A stretch of 64,000 nucleotides of DNA from Rebecca billardiae RCC1528 (lineage: Eukaryota; Protista; Haptophyta): contig OZ251244.1 of assembly GCA_965240325.2 (NCBI GenBank), positions 558,001 to 622,000 on the forward strand. Reading direction: 5' to 3'. The notes under the pieces are model-generated. The model saw only the letters and a program-made list of their open reading frames with translations, did no database searches and was not told the origin of the DNA. Below are positions 32,051 to 44,970 of the stretch, in pieces (the first letter of the stretch is position 1; the number at the start of each line of letters is the position of its first letter). A program made the position numbers and the translations under genes.

Positions 32051-34153
32051 CCACTTACTCGACTCCCCGTCAGTTGAGAAGTACCGACACGCTGAGCCCG
32101 AGTACTGACTCGGGCAGCGCCACTGCCGCGCCGTACCGGTCTACCGGGCCTCGCCAATGCCCAGTGGCCAGTGAGTCAGCGGCCGTCTAGCGCCGCGATT
32201 GATCATACCAGTAGTCGGCGATCGTCGGGCCGCGCGAGCCTCTGCCGTGTCGTCATGTGCCCGCCGATCGGTCAATCGAGACAAACAACAGCAGTATAGG
32301 CCATCCTTGGGCTTGGGCCATCGCCCTGTCCGACCGCGCGGACAGGTTGAAAAATCAACCAACACCTGTGTGGACGGCTGGGTAGACGCGACCTGTCCAC
32401 CCGTCTTTCGGACTACAAAACATCGCGCCCGTCCCATGGCGGCCGGCGCGTGGCGCGCGTGCTTGGAAACCACGGAGCACACGAAGGCCGGTGGTTTCCG
32501 ACCTTCGCCGCCACGGCCCGCCGCCCCGTTCGCGCGCAATCGGTACCACAGTCTGGTGCCCAGTTCCTCTTGATCACTCCCGCATCGGCAGTGGCGCGAA
32601 GCCGAAGCGCAATCGGGAAGAAGCACAAGGGGAGATCTTGGAGCGACGAGCCTTCAAGGAGGCTGCCGTCGCGAACGAGCAGGATGCGCCTGTTGCAGTT
32701 TGTGCGTGCATCCTTGCACGAACGCGTGCTGGTCTCCTGCTGCACTGCTCATACCGTACGCACGAGCGCGCAACCGTGCGCACGCGCTCAGTCAAGAGCC
32801 CGGGCAGGTGGCTCGGACCACAGGCGCGAGTGCTTGTGAAGCTCGCCTCACGAGGCCTTCGTAGAAAAAGGCGGCCAACTGTAGCGTGCTAAGGAAGCAG
32901 AAGACGATGCTCGCAAAACGCGTCCAGCGCGCGAGGGCGAAGCTTGCTACGGCGCGCGCGGCCTCTGCTGTTGTAGTTCGGGCCGCTGCTCCGGCCGTGC
33001 AGGCGTCTGGCGCGGGGTCCTCGGAAAAGCAGGCGAACTCGGGCAGTCTGCCTTTGCTGCCGGCAAGACGTATCGAAAGCGCACACATTTGGTCGTGCGC
33101 GTGGCGCGCTCGCGCGCCGTGACGCAGCGAGCAGGCGATCCTTGACAAGCGCCTCGCTGACGCTCAGCAGGCCGAAGCGACGAGCGCGGCGCTCGACCAC
33201 GACGACAGGCACGCCCTGAGTGAGGGGGAAGGCACCTTTCGAGACAGCACTCAGGCGCGCGACGTCGAGTATGTCATTGATCGCGCGCTTGTGTGAGCAC
33301 GGCAGCAAGACCAAGTCGCGCGAGGTGGAGCAGGCGGTAGCGCGCCTCTTCGCATTCCGAGGATGTGTGCGGCCCGCGGTTCTGTCTGTCGGCTTGAGTG
33401 GCTTCAGGCAGCGCTAGTCTTATAGTAACTACTACATTATTAATTGCATCATCAGTCGTCGTGCGCCAGGGGCGCCGGCCTCACTCTGTTTCATGCTGAT
33501 AGCGCGTCATGATATGAAGTGCTCACTGCTCAGTGCTGCTCGGCCAGACTCAGATGACAGTCGGAACTCGGAAGTGTGCCTGACCACCTGTGTCTGTCGG
33601 ACTCTATCGGCGACTATCATCGCTCGTCAGTGGCCGTTCGCGCGGCGCGGTGATATACTTCATCTGCGGACTTAGCAGGCTGTTCGTCCGAGCTGAGCGC
33701 CGGCTGCTGACGGCGTATGCCCTCAGACGACCCGCGATGGCTGTGTCTACTGTGACCAGACACCCGCGCGGGCGTCGCGGGCCGCGCGGCCGCCGGTCCG
33801 GAACTCCGGAACGCCGGTCCGGAACGCCGGCGGGCCCGGGCCCTGACGCCCGACGCCAGGCTCGAGCGCGGGCCCATCAGCGCTGTGTGAGCCGTATATA
33901 TATTTATTATCATATACAACGACGCCATGTTACTTTTGGGACAGCGCGGCCGTGCAGCACTAGCAACTAAGCCTGATGCAGCATATCAGTAGTCGTCGTC
34001 AGTGATTGATGAGCGAGCACGCGCGCCGCGCGGAGCACCAGGCTGCATGCATCGATGTGCGCATGGGATGCAGCCTCAAGTGGCTTGGGGCAGCGACTTC
34101 CTTGCCGCACACCTCGCACACGTTCTACGAGACGTCTACGGCTATTCGACAGC

Positions 34154-36883
<2,730 letters not shown>

Positions 36884-38069
36884 TGCGATCGGCGGCGGGG
36901 CCTGCGCGAGCGGCACGAAGCGCGGAGATGGTCGCGCGAGGCGAGGGCGCGAGTCAGCGGGCGCGAGCGTCGGGCGCGATTGTGCGCACGCGAGGCTGCG
37001 CCCAGGGCGCGCGCAGCGCAGCACTCGCGCGCCGCGCGCGGACGCCGTGTCTGACTTACGAAGGGCGCGGGAAGGCTGCGTGCGGGTTGAGCGGCTTGGC
37101 GGCGGAAGGCGGCAAGGCGCAGCCGTGCGCTGAGGCGCTTGCGCTCGCGTGCGCCGCTGCAGCCGCGGCGCCCGCTTGAAATCAGCGAGGCGAAGACCGT
37201 TGGCCGCAGCGAAGTCATTATAATTGAGCGAAAGTCCGGGCGCCCGGGAGCGGTGGAGCGCCAGAAGTGGCGGCTTCCGGATTCGGAACACGCCCTCTCG
37301 AGCCTCCCGCTCGTCATCTCTGGCTCCGTCATCCGTGTGCGAATCGTCCGCGTGGAGCCAGTAGCTACAGTAGACGTACAGCAAGACTATCTCCCTTGCG
37401 TACGTACAGCAGTGGCCAGGCAATGGTTGCGATGGTGCCAGCTCTTCGGAAGCGGGCGGCCCGTCCGCCCGTGTGAGGCGTGTGACCGTGTCGGCGTGCC
37501 AATGGCGTCCGACGAGGGCGACGGTGCCGAGGCGGAGACTGTGCCGGGGCTGGCGCCCAGCGCGGCTCTCGCCTCTCCGGGACGGTCTGACGCACCGTCT
37601 GAAGGCCGCACCGGGCAAGTGCAACGTCATCCGTCATCGAGCCGCATCAGCCGCGCTCATGAACAGATGTGCCACCGCCGAATCGGGCCGCGAGCACGGC
37701 GTGCGCCATGGCCGATCGCTGCCGTGGCTTGGATCGGGCTTTTCCAGCGGCATGCTGAGCTGGGCCGATCGCTGTGGCCGACGAGGCGCCCGCCGACGGG
37801 CACGTATGGTGCCCTGCAGCTGGCGATCGCGTGAAGCTGGTCTTCGCTTCACCAGGGCTAGTCATTGTGCGGATGGGTGCGTGTACGGCCTTGGGCACAT
37901 GACTGTTGGCTGCGGGCTGCGGCGCACTGCCGGGGCCGCGCGCTCGCTTTCGCAGTGTTCTCGACGCACGCACGTGACAAATCGGCGCCGGTAAGAGTAC
38001 GGCTCGCTGCTGCTCGCGCAGGCTGCCACTCTCTCCGTCCGGCTCGAGGCGCTCCCCGGGCGTGGCCCC

Positions 38070-38570
38070 TTAGCAGAGCACCCAGTCGGAGTCGCTGCCG
38101 CCGCCAGACGCGTCCTCGTCCTCCGCCTCGATGGCGCGCACGTCCGTGACGGGGTCGTCCGCCGCGTCCGAGGCGCACGCGTCCTCCTCGATCACCACGC
38201 CGTCGTCCGACTCGTGAGCCGTCGGCTCTGCCGCGCCGTCCGCCGGCTCAGGGGCCTGAGATGCGTCGGCGCTCGCCCAGGCGGCCCGCGCGGGCGGCGG
38301 CGGCGTGACCGCTCGGCCGGCCTCCGCCGCGGAGAGTGCCAGCGCGATCTCGAGAGCTTCTTGCTCGACGGGATTTGCGGCGTCTGCGTGCTCAGTGGGA
38401 TGCTCACTCTCCGTCGACCGGCGGATCGCCTCCTGCATCGCCTCCTCCTCCGCCTGCTGAAGCTCCTGTGCCCGCGCCGAGGCGGCCAGCGCACGCGCGA
38501 GCTCCTCCGCCTCGCGGTCGGTCTCGACGCGGTGCCCGTACGGGTGGCTGGCAGTCGAGCCGCCATCCAT
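38070..38570 (-). CDS. Small acidic protein with three UIM-like motifs and a C-terminal Trp motif (~166 aa)
   Basis: EAEELARALAAS, EEEAMQEAIRRS and EQEALEIALALS fit the UIM pattern; ends SDSDWVLC. Confidence 0.7.
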   Translation of the reverse strand: MDGGSTASHPYGHRVETDREAEELARALAASARAQELQQAEEEAMQEAIRRSTESEHPTEHADAANPVEQEALEIALALSAAEAGRAVTPPPPARAAWASADASQAPEPADGAAEPTAHESDDGVVIEEDACASDAADDPVTDVRAIEAEDEDASGGGSDSDWVLC

Positions 38571-38766
38571 GCGAAGCGCGCGGCATGCGTTGAGCCCGCC
38601 GCCCCTCACTGGCGGCTGCTGCCGCACCGAGGCGGACAGCATCCTCACGTCCGCCTGCTGCCTTGTGCCTCTTCGTCACGGTGGACGGGTCTTGCACATC
38701 TCCCGGGAGCCGGAACGCCCCGGACTCGCGCCGCCGGCCGAGCGCGCCAAGCCGCCCGTCATCAGC

Positions 38767-40104
38767 ATGTCCGCTGCGACGGTGATCGCGCTGTTGAGCG
38801 CGAGCCACGGGTCGCTGGTGCGGGAGCGCGGCGTGCTGCTCGACACGACCGGCGCCTTCTACCGGCCCCAGTCCGCCATCTCGCGCGACCTCTCCGTCCT
38901 CGCCGCGTCGGTGCACGCCGAGGAGACCACGTCCGGGCCGCTGCGCGTGCTGGACGCGTTTGGCGGCTGCGGCTCGCGCGCGGCGCGCTACCTCGAGCGC
39001 GGGGTGGCGTCGCACGTGCACGTGAACGAGGGGTCGCCCGACTTGGGCCCGACCATCCGCGCGAACCTCGCGCCCTTCGGCCGCGAGGGCGACGCGTGGC
39101 GCGTGACGCACGACGACGCGCACCTGCTACTGATGCAGAACGCGGGCGCGTTTGAATACGATCTGATCGACGCAGACTCGTTCGGGCTGAGCGCGCGCGC
39201 GATCGCCGCGGCGATGTGGTCGGCCAAGATCGGCGGTCTGCTCTACGTCACGCACACCGACGGCCGCGCGCACACCGCGCCGGAGCGCACGCTCGCCACG
39301 TACGGCGCGTGGCCGGCGCCATCCTCCTCTGTCCACACCGCTGTCAACGAGCAGGCGCTCCGACTGCTCGTTGGGCGCGCGGCGCAGGAGGCGGCGGTGC
39401 ACGGGCTGTGCGCGCGGCCGCTCTTCTCGCACTACTCGCCGCACGGGCCGTGCTTCCGCTCGATGCTGCACATCACGCGGCCACACGCCAAGGCGGCGAG
39501 GCGCGCGGCCGAGGCACCGGCCGGGGCGTCGAGCGCTGCCGAGCGCGGCGGCGCGCGAGCGGGCGCGAATGCGCGCGCCGTGAGCCACAGCGAGCTCGCC
39601 TCGAGCTTCGCGTTCGTCAGCACCTGCACCTCGTGCGGCCAGCACGCGCGCGTCGGGTGGGACGAGCTCGGCGCGTCCGCCTGCCGGTCGTGCGGCACAA
39701 CCGCCGCACCCGGCTCACTGGCGGGGCCGATGTGGACGGCGGCTCTGAGCGACTCGGCGTTTGTCGCTCGGATGCGCGAGCGCGCGGCGGCGTGGGGCGA
39801 GGAGTACGCCGAGGCCGCGGCGGCCCTCGCCTCGCTCGCCGCGGAGGCGGCGGTCGAGGCCGCTCCGGGCGGCGGCGCGCTGCTCTCGTACCACGCGCAC
39901 CACGTCGCGTCGCGCGCCGGCCTGTCCGGTCCGGTCCGGATGGACGCGCTGATCGAGGTGCTGCGCTCGGGCGGGCACCGCGCGTGCCGCTCGCACTGCA
40001 GCCGCTTCGCGATCAAGTCGGACGCGCCGATGCACGAGCTCGTCGCGGCCGCGCGCGCCGTCGCCGGCGTGCTGCCGGCGTCAGTCTCCGCCGCCGCCTG
40101 GTAA
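38767..40104 (+). CDS. TRM1: tRNA (guanine26-N2)-dimethyltransferase, Trm1 family (start may lie further upstream)
   Basis: FYRPQSAISRDLSVL, LRVLDAFGGCGSR, YDLIDADSFG, GGLLYVTHTDG, EQALRLL, CxxC..CxxC, GPMW, RSH...IKSDAP. Confidence 0.9.
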   Translation: MSAATVIALLSASHGSLVRERGVLLDTTGAFYRPQSAISRDLSVLAASVHAEETTSGPLRVLDAFGGCGSRAARYLERGVASHVHVNEGSPDLGPTIRANLAPFGREGDAWRVTHDDAHLLLMQNAGAFEYDLIDADSFGLSARAIAAAMWSAKIGGLLYVTHTDGRAHTAPERTLATYGAWPAPSSSVHTAVNEQALRLLVGRAAQEAAVHGLCARPLFSHYSPHGPCFRSMLHITRPHAKAARRAAEAPAGASSAAERGGARAGANARAVSHSELASSFAFVSTCTSCGQHARVGWDELGASACRSCGTTAAPGSLAGPMWTAALSDSAFVARMRERAAAWGEEYAEAAAALASLAAEAAVEAAPGGGALLSYHAHHVASRAGLSGPVRMDALIEVLRSGGHRACRSHCSRFAIKSDAPMHELVAAARAVAGVLPASVSAAAW

Positions 40105-42286
40105 CTCTGCACGTCAGCGCGTTTAGATGGTGCATAGACTTTACCCCTCTTTAGGCTACGAATTCTGGATGTCTTGAGAATTCTCATCGCATTCAAGATT
40201 GGCTGTGATATATCCAGATAATACAAAGAATGGCGAGATATGCTTTACGACCGGTGCGCACATAGCCCGCATACACGATTGCACCACTATAAAAGAATGA
40301 ACTCTACTATGCAGCCCATCTGTCGTGAATAAATGGTGCCTATGTCAAAGCGACGGTCGTAATCCGATCGAATACGTACACGGTAAATGGTGCCTATGTC
40401 AAGGTGATGGTCGTAATCCGATCGAATACGCAAACGGGTACGTCGATTACAAGATAGAGCCCGGACGACCGGACGTGGCCGACGACTCTTCCTTTCCAGC
40501 CTCGTTGCATCCAGCGCATCTGCCCAGCGCAGCGAGCCCTCGCATGCGCACGCGCTGCGCGATCACCAGCAGATAACGACGTCACCATGCACGGCGATGT
40601 CATGATCGGCACGGAGCGCGCCGCTGGCAAGCACACGATCGTACGCGATCACGCCAGCGCCGTTGCACCCAGTCCGTCTTCACCTGCACCTTCCATGTTC
40701 CGTGGTTCGGCCACATCGATCGATGCAGCACGCAGTGCAGCTGACGTCGTCGCCCGGCCGCACCATTCGCTCGAACACATCCTCGGTGAGCATCTTCCTC
40801 GTGTACGCGCATTGCTTTCCAAGCTGCACCCGTGCCGCAGCGCGCCGCCGGACATCGCCCTACTTGCTGCTGCGTATGAATCCAAACGATGTGGGAAACC
40901 TCGTTCACATTTCTACCCGATCGACGCTCATCGCAAGGCGTGTGATCAACGCGTGCGGCAGCTCGAGACGCTACTTAAACGCGATGCCCACGACGTGCAC
41001 GCAGCGATCTGGCTCGGGCACGCTCTCCCGCCGCCGCCCTGCGCTGGTACCTGCTGCAGCCGTGCGGTTCCATCTGGAGCGTTCACCAACGATATCTGCT
41101 CTGCCGCCAACAACACGTCCACGAATGCCGACTCGCCGATGATGCCCGACCTCTCACACGCCACGCCGCCGTCGATGCACGCTTGCACCATCTCGCAACT
41201 CCCAAACTTTTCCGCCGCCATCGGTGCCACACCTGCGCGCGCTTACGACATGCTTGCTGCGCACGACCTTGTCCTGAGCACGGCAGATCTTCACGCTCTC
41301 GAGCTGCAGTGCACCGCCGTCAGCTCCCACCGACCGCTCTCACAACTCGTTCCGGCGGCGGACTACCATTCCGTCAACAACCGATTGTGGCGGCTGGGCG
41401 TGCGCATCAACCTCATTTCGCCCGCCTTGCACGGCCGCATCTGGCCGCAGCAGCAGTCCGCCGTCGCCGCCTCTGCCCATGCTCCCACCACCACCGCCTC
41501 CAACCCCACTCCACCCAACCCGCTCGGCGCTGCGTCGTTCTCGGCAGCCCAGTCGAGCGCAGCGGTGGCAGGCGACGACGAAACCGACACGTTCAAGGCG
41601 CTCCTCGTCGCGCTCGAGCACTTCGAGAAGCCGATCGACGACGACCACGGCCGCGCGCGCAAGGATCTGGACCTGCTCATGCAGGCGTGGCTGGCGGCGC
41701 ACTCCAAAGCTCCGCCGCTGCAGCCTGGCTACGTGACGGCGCACAACCAGCCCAACCGCAAGGCGAACGCGGCGCGGCACGCTCTTCTCGTTCGCCATCT
41801 CGCCGCGCACCACCACGGACTGCACGAGCGCTGCTTCCCGTCCTCGCCGAGCGAGCGCGAGCTGCGACGCGCGCGCGAGCTGCTCAACCCTTCCGAGCTG
41901 CGCCGCGCCGAGGAGGAGCGCTCGCGCCTCGACGCCTTCTCGACGCTCGACGCTCGCGACGCCGCGCTGCTCGAGGAGTCGGACGAGCGCGACGGCGACG
42001 AGCCCGCTGCTGACGGCGAGCCGAGCGATCCTCCTCCGCCTTCGACCTCGCGCGCGCCTTTCCTTCACCTCGTCCCCGATCCGGACGTCCCACCCTTCAT
42101 CCCCGCCTACGACTGGGCCACCATCCACGCCGGCGCCGCCGTGCCGCCGGACGCCCAAGTCGGACGCGCCGATGCACGAGCTCGTCGCGGCCGCGCGCGC
42201 CGTCGCCGGCGTGCTGCCGGCGTCAGTCTCCGCCGCCGCCTGGTAACTCTGCACGTCAGCGCGTTTAGATGGTGCATAGACTTTAC
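40014..42286 (+). repeat. 131-bp direct repeat (40014-40144 and 42156-42286) duplicating the TRM1 3' end around a 2011-bp insert
   Basis: CAAGTCGGACGCGCCGATGCAC...GCATAGACTTTAC present twice and apparently identical. Confidence 0.92.
40145..42155 (+). mobile_element. Probable truncated mobile-element insert with a lower-GC 5' region, a 54-bp tandem duplication (40331-40438) and a long ORF from 40587 cut by the duplicated segment
   Basis: Composition differs from flanking genes; >500-codon ORF with no recognised domain runs into the duplicated TRM1 tail in a different frame and stops at 42290. Confidence 0.5.
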
Positions 42287-42523
42287 TTAGCATAAGCTAC
42301 GAATACTACTACTAGACACTAGTAGTCACAGTAGCTAGTCGACTGACACTTCTCGGTAGTTTGCGGCTCATCCAGACGCAGATCTCGTCCGAGATGACGC
42401 GAGTGGCACTCAAGCAGGGATTCGAGATTCGTCATCTGGCCGTCATCGCTTGGTCGGCAGCCGCGAAGCCGCCCATCACGGCCGCCGCCACCTCGGCTCA
42501 CCGGATCACCGCCGTCTGTACCA

Positions 42524-43567
42524 ATGGCCGGCCACGTGCTCGTCATGTGCGCGGGGCTGCTCGCGCCGAGGGCACTAATACGCGCACCCTCTGCTCCTCA
42601 TGCCTGGCCGCGCATGCTCGCGGCCGATCAGTCGCCCGTCCGGGGCGAGCGCGGTGGCGGCGTGCGCGATGCGTTCGCCAGCTCGGTCGAGTCGGTCATG
42701 CGGACGGCGATCGGCGCGCAGGTGCAGGCGCTGGAGCTCGAGCTGCAGCAGAGTGCGCAGCGCATCCAGGAGCTCGAATCCACCAACCAGCAGCTCCAGT
42801 CCGAGATCGAATCCCTTGTCGGCGAGCTCAAAGAGGCGAGCGGCGCGCAGCAGCAGGCCGCGGCGGCCATGCAGGCGATGACGGCACACGTGTCGCGGCT
42901 GGAGGGCGCGCTGGTCCAAGCGAGGCGCGAGGCGGCGGCGTCGTCGGCACGCTCGAGAGAACAAGTCGCGCGCGTGTCGCAGGTACTCCGCGAGCGCTCC
43001 TCCGAGCTCCAGGCCGAGCTGCGCCAGACAGCCGAGATCCTGGAGTCTGAGTCGGCGCGCCGCGCGCGGGCGGAGGCTGCGCTCATGCAGGTGGCGGGCG
43101 TCCAGCCCGGCGCGCGGCCATCGGCACGGGTGACGCAGGCCGAGCAGGCGGCGCAGGCGGCGCAGGCCGCGCAGGCGGCCGCAGCACGGGCGGCCGCGGC
43201 GAGGGGCCAGCCGAGCCAGTGGCCGCCCAGCGCGCGCGCGCAGCCTAGCCCAACCCCAGCTGGCCCAGGCCAAGCGCGGCCGGAGCCGGCGCGGGGCCCG
43301 GCCGGCGGCCCAAGCCCAAGCCAGCAGGCGCGGCGCGCGCGGCTGCGGCAGGCGTTCGAGCGGTTCGACCGGGACTCGGACGGCGTGCTCGACGTGCCCG
43401 AGATCATGCAGCTCTTCCGCACGCTCGGGTACGCCGTGAGCGAGGTGGACGCACGCGCCCTCATGAACATGTTCGGCCGGGAGGCGCCGGCCGACGGGCG
43501 GCCGGGCGCGCGCGCCGTCGGCTTGGACGAGTTCGAGAAGATGATCCAGCAGCTGCAGCGGCAGTAG
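42524..43567 (+). CDS. Coiled-coil plus EF-hand protein with bipartite-like (plastid-type) leader
   Basis: Heptad-rich Q/E/L region; LRQAFERFDRDSDGVLDVPEI EF-hand and a degenerate partner (VGLDEFEKMI); leader MAGHVLVMCAGLLAPRA. Confidence 0.75.
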   Translation: MAGHVLVMCAGLLAPRALIRAPSAPHAWPRMLAADQSPVRGERGGGVRDAFASSVESVMRTAIGAQVQALELELQQSAQRIQELESTNQQLQSEIESLVGELKEASGAQQQAAAAMQAMTAHVSRLEGALVQARREAAASSARSREQVARVSQVLRERSSELQAELRQTAEILESESARRARAEAALMQVAGVQPGARPSARVTQAEQAAQAAQAAQAAAARAAAARGQPSQWPPSARAQPSPTPAGPGQARPEPARGPAGGPSPSQQARRARLRQAFERFDRDSDGVLDVPEIMQLFRTLGYAVSEVDARALMNMFGREAPADGRPGARAVGLDEFEKMIQQLQRQ

Positions 43568-44970
43568 CATCTGGTAGCGGCGTGCAGCGCGGCATCGTCG
43601 GCGACTGTACTCTGCGCCCTCGCCTGCGCATCAGCGCACAGCCGCCATGACGGCTCGCTCGCCACCTGCCCCACCGCCGTCGGCATCGTCCCAGCACTCC
43701 CGCGACGATTTGTCCCAGCAGACCCAGGGGCAGGGCCAGGTCGCGACGACGCGATCGCGGGCAGTACTACCCCGTCGCGCAGTGCCAGAAGTGACGATGG
43801 GCACGCGCTGCCGCTCCGGCGCGGTCATACTCATAGAGTATGACCGACGGCGACAGACGACAGACTCTGCTCACTCAGTTACTCAGACTGGCACTTGTCA
43901 TAATCACAGTCACCGACACCGGCCACACCGGCCACCGGGTGCGGCTCCCTCTGGCAGACGACACCCGCGGTCTCGACTCACTCGAGTCTCGGGCCACGGG
44001 CAGTCGGGGCTTAGGCGAGGCCCGGTCGCGGCGTCAGTACGGTCCGGGACCGAGGGCGAGTGCGCTGCTAGCGGCTGCTACGCCACTGACCGCACTGTAC
44101 CGTACTTGCCGTCCACGGTCCGCCGTAGCATTATATCACGTCAGGGCACTGTGACTGCGGAGTCAATCAGTGTATAGCCACGGTACTTGTACTACGGTGT
44201 CGCCTTAACTCAGCTGCTGCGCCGCCGTGCCGCTCCGAGCTGCATCGTCACTGTACGACGATTACTGACTGCTTACTTAAGCCGTGCTGATGCTGACCGG
44301 ATCGGCCAGTAGTAGCTAGCCGCATCAGACCCGCGAGTGAATCCGCCGCGGCCGCGCGCGGCCGAATCTGCTGACGACTGCATGACGACTGATCGGATCG
44401 GATAGTCATTAGTCTGCGCTGATGATACCATTAGGTTCACGGCCCAGCGATCGTCGGAGTTATCGTCATCAGTCGGACCGTCGGCGTCGACCTGCGCCCG
44501 GCGCGTGGCCGCGCGGGTCCGCGGCGCGGGCCTGGCGCGGTCCGCCCGGGGCTGACCGGGACTACTGTCTACTCCGCGCGTCCGAGCGCGGATGATACTG
44601 ACTACGATGACGCGCCGATTAGATGATCGATATGATATATCGCGAGTGCAGCATCAGCCGCCGCTGCGCAGCACTGAGACAGCACTGCAGTGCTGCTGCA
44701 CGCGCGGCGCGGCCGCACTAGCTCCGTCAGGCGTCTCCGCGGCAGGCGGCGGCAGCCGATCACGATGGGCCCGATGGCGTGAACGCGGGCCGGTGTAACG
44801 GTGAACGGCCGCGTGACTGGCGACGGCAGCACCGAGCGCAGAAGAACGGGCTGGCTGCGCGCCGCCATCGTGGGGCGCATCGAAGTCGAGTCGTCATCGT
44901 CGCCGTACTGATCGCAGCAGCCGCTACAAGCGCGTGCTGCCTCGCTCGTCCTCATCGACTAAGGATCGAG

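Noticed and set aside
32200-33420. Lower-GC stretch with short protein-like fragments, possibly a decayed element
   Set aside because: No termini, repeats or recognisable domain could be identified.
37502-37834. Possible small gene starting MASDEGDG
   Set aside because: No motif, splice or compositional support sufficient to call it.
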